Below, piece by piece: positions 37,696 to 41,188 of a stretch of 41,188 bases of DNA (positions within the stretch are counted from its first letter, which is position 1; every line of letters starts with the position of its first letter). A program made the translations under genes and the position numbers. Under the pieces are notes generated by a model. It was not told where the DNA came from and did no database searches. It was given only the letters and a program-made list of their open reading frames with translations. Where the stretch lies: the NCBI RefSeq assembly GCF_001194135.2, contig NC_068991.1:20368963-20410150 (forward strand), given 5' to 3'. This DNA comes from Octopus bimaculoides (Eukaryota).

Positions 37696-38089
37696 TAAAG
37701 AGAAATCCGTAATGATGACATTCTGTACATTTACATATTCGTTTCGTTAATTCAGGACACTCAAGTCTATTGTATTTTTCCCGGAATGTTTTGATTTCAT
37801 TAGCTTTCCCGCAGTTATATGCACCTAGAAGCCAAAGATCGCCCAAGGGAAACCGATGTATTTAGAGAATGGAAGTGATAAAAAATAATTTTTTAAACAC
37901 TTTGAACTTGAGTAAACGGAGGCCATTGCTTCTAATCCATAGGTAAGAGAAGTGTGTGACTAAGAATCTACGTTCGAGCAGACATCAACTTCTACCGTGA
38001 AATTTAGAGAGCAGAAAACAACTTTAGTTAGGGGCTGAGAGATTTTTGTGGGGAGAGAAGTACGATATGTAATTGGTCGTATTAATATC

Positions 38090-38290
38090 GTTGTTCGTTA
38101 ATCCCAGATAAACTCTGATTGAACAGACTAATTAATGATCACAGGCGTTCCAGTATATGTCCACCCTGTTTTTTTTTTTTTTGCTTTTTTTTTTGTATTC
38201 AATAACTTGCTCAATATGATAACTCTTTTTTAAAGGTAAGTAGGTTGTGATTTTAGAAAATTTGGCTGCAAACTATTCGAACCGCCGGCC
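38090..38290 (-). mobile_element. Family X repeat fragment
   Basis: tctgattgaacagactaattaatgatcacaggcgttccag...gttgtgattttagaaaatttggctgc resembles 13290-13442 and 16260-16370. Confidence 0.55.
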
Positions 38291-38525
38291 TAGCGCGTTA
38301 GTAAGATGTGATATGAGGAAAGTAGATTAAAACAATCATAATTATTAAAGAAGATATACAACTGTTCAACAGGGTTAGTGTGAAGATATTGTAGTGAATG
38401 TCGGTGGAGTGTGAGGTGACAGTTAAGTACAAATACTACAGTTTGACAACACTATGGCTACTGACAGTTACTACAAGCAACACTGGGAAAGAGTGTAAAC
38501 ATCTACATGGTCACTAGAGATGCTA

Positions 38526-39122
38526 GAAATAGCAACCGAATTTCCTTCAAATTACAACCGAATTAGCTACCGAATCTCCTTCAATTTACAACCGAAATAG
38601 CAACTGAGTGTCCTTCAAATTACAGCGGAAATAGCAACCGAATTTCCTTCAAACCGAAAGAGCAACCGAATGTTCTTCAAATTACAATCGAAATAGCAAC
38701 TGAATGTCCTTCAAATTACAATCGAAATAGCAACTGAATGTCCTTCAAATTACAACCGAAATAGCAACCGAATATTCTTCAAATTACAATCGAAATAGCG
38801 ACCGAATGTCCTTCAAATTACAATCGAAATAGCAACTGAATGTCCTTCAAATTACAATCGAAATAGCAACCGAATATTCTTCAAATTACAATCGAAATAG
38901 CAACCGAATATTCTTCAAATTACAATCGAAATAGCAACTGAATGTCCTTCAAATTTCAACCGAAATAGCAACCGAATATTCTTCAAATTACAATCAAAAT
39001 AGCAACCGAATATTCTTCAAATTACAATCGAAATAGCAACTGAATGTCCTTCAAATTACAACCGAAATAGCAACCGAATTTTCTTCAAATTACAGTCAAA
39101 ATAGGGATCGAATGTCCTTCAA
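38526..39122. repeat. 34-bp minisatellite, about 18 units, running into an N-gap
   Basis: Unit gaaatagcaac(c/t)gaat(a/g)t(t/c)cttcaaattacaa(t/c)c. Period measured as 34 (38761 to 38795). Confidence 0.97.
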
Positions 39123-40009
39123 NNNNNNNNNNNNNNNNNNNNNNNNNNNNNNNNNNNNNNNNNNNNNNNNNNNNNNNNNNNNNNNNNNNNNNNNNNNNNN
39201 NNNNNNNNNNNNNNNNNNNNNNNNNNNNNNNNNNNNNNNNNNNNNNNNNNNNNNNNNNNNNNNNNNNNNNNNNNNNNNNNNNNNNNNNNNNNNNNNNNNN
39301 NNNNNNNNNNNNNNNNNNNNNNNNNNNNNNNNNNNNNNNNNNNNNNNNNNNNNNNNNNNNNNNNNNNNNNNNNNNNNNNNNNNNNNNNNNNNNNNNNNNN
39401 NNNNNNNNNNNNNNNNNNNNNNNNNNNNNNNNNNNNNNNNNNNNNNNNNNNNNNNNNNNNNNNNNNNNNNNNNNNNNNNNNNNNNNNNNNNNNNNNNNNN
39501 NNNNNNNNNNNNNNNNNNNNNNNNNNNNNNNNNNNNNNNNNNNNNNNNNNNNNNNNNNNNNNNNNNNNNNNNNNNNNNNNNNNNNNNNNNNNNNNNNNNN
39601 NNNNNNNNNNNNNNNNNNNNNNNNNNNNNNNNNNNNNNNNNNNNNNNNNNNNNNNNNNNNNNNNNNNNNNNNNNNNNNNNNNNNNNNNNNNNNNNNNNNN
39701 NNNNNNNNNNNNNNNNNNNNNNNNNNNNNNNNNNNNNNNNNNNNNNNNNNNNNNNNNNNNNNNNNNNNNNNNNNNNNNNNNNNNNNNNNNNNNNNNNNNN
39801 NNNNNNNNNNNNNNNNNNNNNNNNNNNNNNNNNNNNNNNNNNNNNNNNNNNNNNNNNNNNNNNNNNNNNNNNNNNNNNNNNNNNNNNNACCACCACCACC
39901 ACCACCACACCGCTACCTACATCGCACCACACAGCCATCGTCACCCACCGTCACTCCCACCAGCACGGCCGCGGCCAAATGTCCGCTATTTCGTCTTCTT
40001 TTGTTACAG

Positions 40010-40154
40010 GTGTAATGGAAGCCAGGTTTTTAAGAGCGTTAACAAAATGGATAGAGAAAGCAATGGCGGGCGATTGGTTTGTGGAGGTGTGGTTATGGGA
40101 GTTATGATGTTGGCAGTAGCCATGTTTGTTGTGGTTACTGTTGTTCTTTGCTAG
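40010..40154 (+). CDS. Speculative terminal exon (phase 2) CNGSQVFKSVNKMDRESNGGRLVCGGVVMGVMMLAVAMFVVVTVVLC*
   Basis: Strong acceptor ttcgtcttcttttgttacAG|G. Hydrophobic C-terminus, but the sequence is GT-rich low complexity. Confidence 0.12.
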
Positions 40155-40384
40155 TGTTAATGTTATTGTTGTTGTTGTTTTTCTTGTTATTGTACGCTTG
40201 AAATTGCATTGAAAGCAAATGCTTATAAAATGCTTAGACGAATATCCTTTTCTCTTCACTTTGTCTCACATTCTCTCATTTTCTCTCTTCCCCCCTCTCT
40301 CTCTCTCTCACTATCTCACACACACTCTCTCTGTCTCGGTGATATATTCACATATTCATCACTTTCTCACTATCTTCCTCTCTG

Positions 40385-40427
<43 letters not shown>

Positions 40428-40640
40428 GTACACATATTCATATATACATATCTACGCACGCACATATATGTATGTATACGTAGGTATATATGCAAATACC
40501 ATACAAACACACACACATATATACGTATATGTGTGTATGTCTATATATATATATATATATATATATGCGTAAGTGTGTGTGTATGTACATACATATATGC
40601 ATACATATATACATAAATATATGTATATACATACAGCCAT

Positions 40641-40699
<59 letters not shown>

Positions 40700-41188
40700 C
40701 ACACTCACACACATAAGGCTTCTCCAGCACTTTTTCACTTATTGACAGCTAAGACAAACGACTGGAGCTACTACGACGAAAACCACCACTACTATTCCTA
40801 CTACTACTATCACCACTATCACACTAACACAACTACCATTACTTCTAATACAACCACTGCTACTACTACTATTACTGCTGCTGCTGCTGCTGCTGCTACC
40901 TTACCCAGAAATTAATGTTTAACTTTCTCTCTTAACATTTCCAAGTGAACCACTTCGTAACATTAGAACAATGTCACATATTTTGGCCTTTTGTTCTTAT
41001 TATTCCTTCCAGATTGATTTTGGTCGATGATTTCCCCTGTCTCTCTCCCTCCCTCCCTCCCTCTCTCCCCTTCTGACTCTCTCTCTCTCTCTCTCTCTCT
41101 TCCACAAGTTCTCTTTCACTCTCTCCCTGTCACATTCTCTCATTCTATCTCTCCTCCATGTCAATCAATCAATCAATATATCCATCCA

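Noticed and set aside
38526-39122. 34-bp array as a CRISPR array or repetitive coding exon
   Set aside because: Units are contiguous with no unique spacers, there are no cas genes, and the context is eukaryotic. The 34-bp period cycles TAG (+) and TGA/TAA (-) into every frame.

Overview
Eukaryotic, AT-rich, repeat-saturated DNA from a fragmented short-read assembly, with about 15 N-gaps that almost all abut microsatellites. The SINE families and extreme microsatellite density suggest an octopus (coleoid cephalopod) genome; this is an inference. No recognisable host protein-coding gene is present, and the long ORFs in the track are artefacts of N-runs and simple repeats. The window is a TE mosaic: at least 4 tRNA-derived SINE families (several with clean target-site duplications), an internally deleted DD37D (maT) transposon, a miniature mariner, a long-TIR foldback MITE, R4/Dong-like and L1/Tx1-like LINE remnants, and Penelope-like termini. 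The most interesting signals are a type I hammerhead-ribozyme fold at 29958-30015, three variant hammerhead-like motifs in Penelope-like ends, two tandem arrays born inside SINEs (34-bp with an emerging 102-bp higher order; 8-bp with a 24-bp higher order), and a speculative set of phase-compatible exons. I found no convincing new multi-gene system.
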